A DNA stretch of 63,690 nucleotides, counting the filler, from Octopus bimaculoides (taxonomy: Eukaryota), in the NCBI RefSeq assembly GCF_001194135.2. It is 4 parts of 4 records of this genome, joined end to end, with 100 filler letters (N's around TTAATTAATTAA, not from the genome) between each part and the next. Parts side by side here need not be neighbours in the genome. Positions count along the whole stretch, not along the records: positions 59,056 to 63,690 come from NC_069004.1; 3 more parts are not named here. One strand, written 5' to 3'. The translations under genes and the position numbers were made by a program. Shown here piece after piece: positions 63,290 through 63,690 of the stretch. Under the pieces are notes generated by a model. The model searched no databases. It saw only the letters and a program-made list of their open reading frames with translations, and was not told the DNA's origin. Within the stretch, counting starts at the first letter, position 1, and the number at the start of each line of letters is the position of its first letter.

Positions 63290-63415
63290 TATTGAGAGGA
63301 CTGGATTATTTTATTACATCAATCATCCTAGTACTTGACTGGTACTTTATTTTACTGATCCTGGAAAGACAAAAGGCAAAATTGAACTTCGCAGCATTTG
63401 AACTTAATTCATAAA
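63290..63415 (-). mobile_element. SINE family B remnant
   Basis: CTAGTACTTGACTGGTACTTTATTTTACTGATCCTGGAAAGACAAAAGGCAAAATTGAACTTCGCAGCATTTGAAC. Confidence 0.65.
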
Positions 63416-63690
63416 AGAGCAGGAAAAAAAAATACTAAAAGGCATTGTGTCTGATGATTCTGCCAATCCACTGTCCTCTTGAGATATTGACAGATAGACA
63501 ATGTTATTAGTAAGTGAAGACATGATGTAAATATAGGATTGACAATGTACAAGGATGTGGACAGAGGGTGCGTATGGTAGAGGGAGGGAAACAAAGAAAG
63601 AATACAGGTGTGTAGAACTCAAACATATATTGGCCACACATCGTATTGGACATATGTCTAGTACATACATGTGTGTGTGTGTGTGTGTGT

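Overview
AT-rich eukaryotic draft-assembly DNA with many N gaps. It is saturated with microsatellites and decayed transposable elements. The SINE/RTE repertoire and repeat landscape point to a cephalopod, most likely Octopus (inferred from recognition, no database search). No host protein-coding gene could be supported; most long ORFs in the track are microsatellite or N-gap artefacts. Recognisable elements: a mariner remnant and MITE; a Ty3/Gypsy pol with a 136-bp LTR; an RTE LINE with several 3' tails; an ORF1-only zinc-knuckle retroelement; a hAT fragment; a Penelope-like element (RT plus GIY-YIG); a Jockey/CR1-type RT; two deleted Tc1/mariner (maT-like) copies; two R4/Dong LINE pieces; L1/Tx1 fragments; and three tRNA-derived SINE families. 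Less obvious signals: (i) several hammerhead-ribozyme motifs, including a pair in 769-bp-spaced direct repeats (retrozyme/pLTR-like); (ii) a CpG-decayed domain about 24-55 kb, bounded by artificial 100-bp N44-TTAATTAATTAA-N44 joins; (iii) a CpG-dense (TTCG/TACG)n satellite at 59-61 kb. Element boundaries are read by eye and are approximate unless a terminal motif is quoted.
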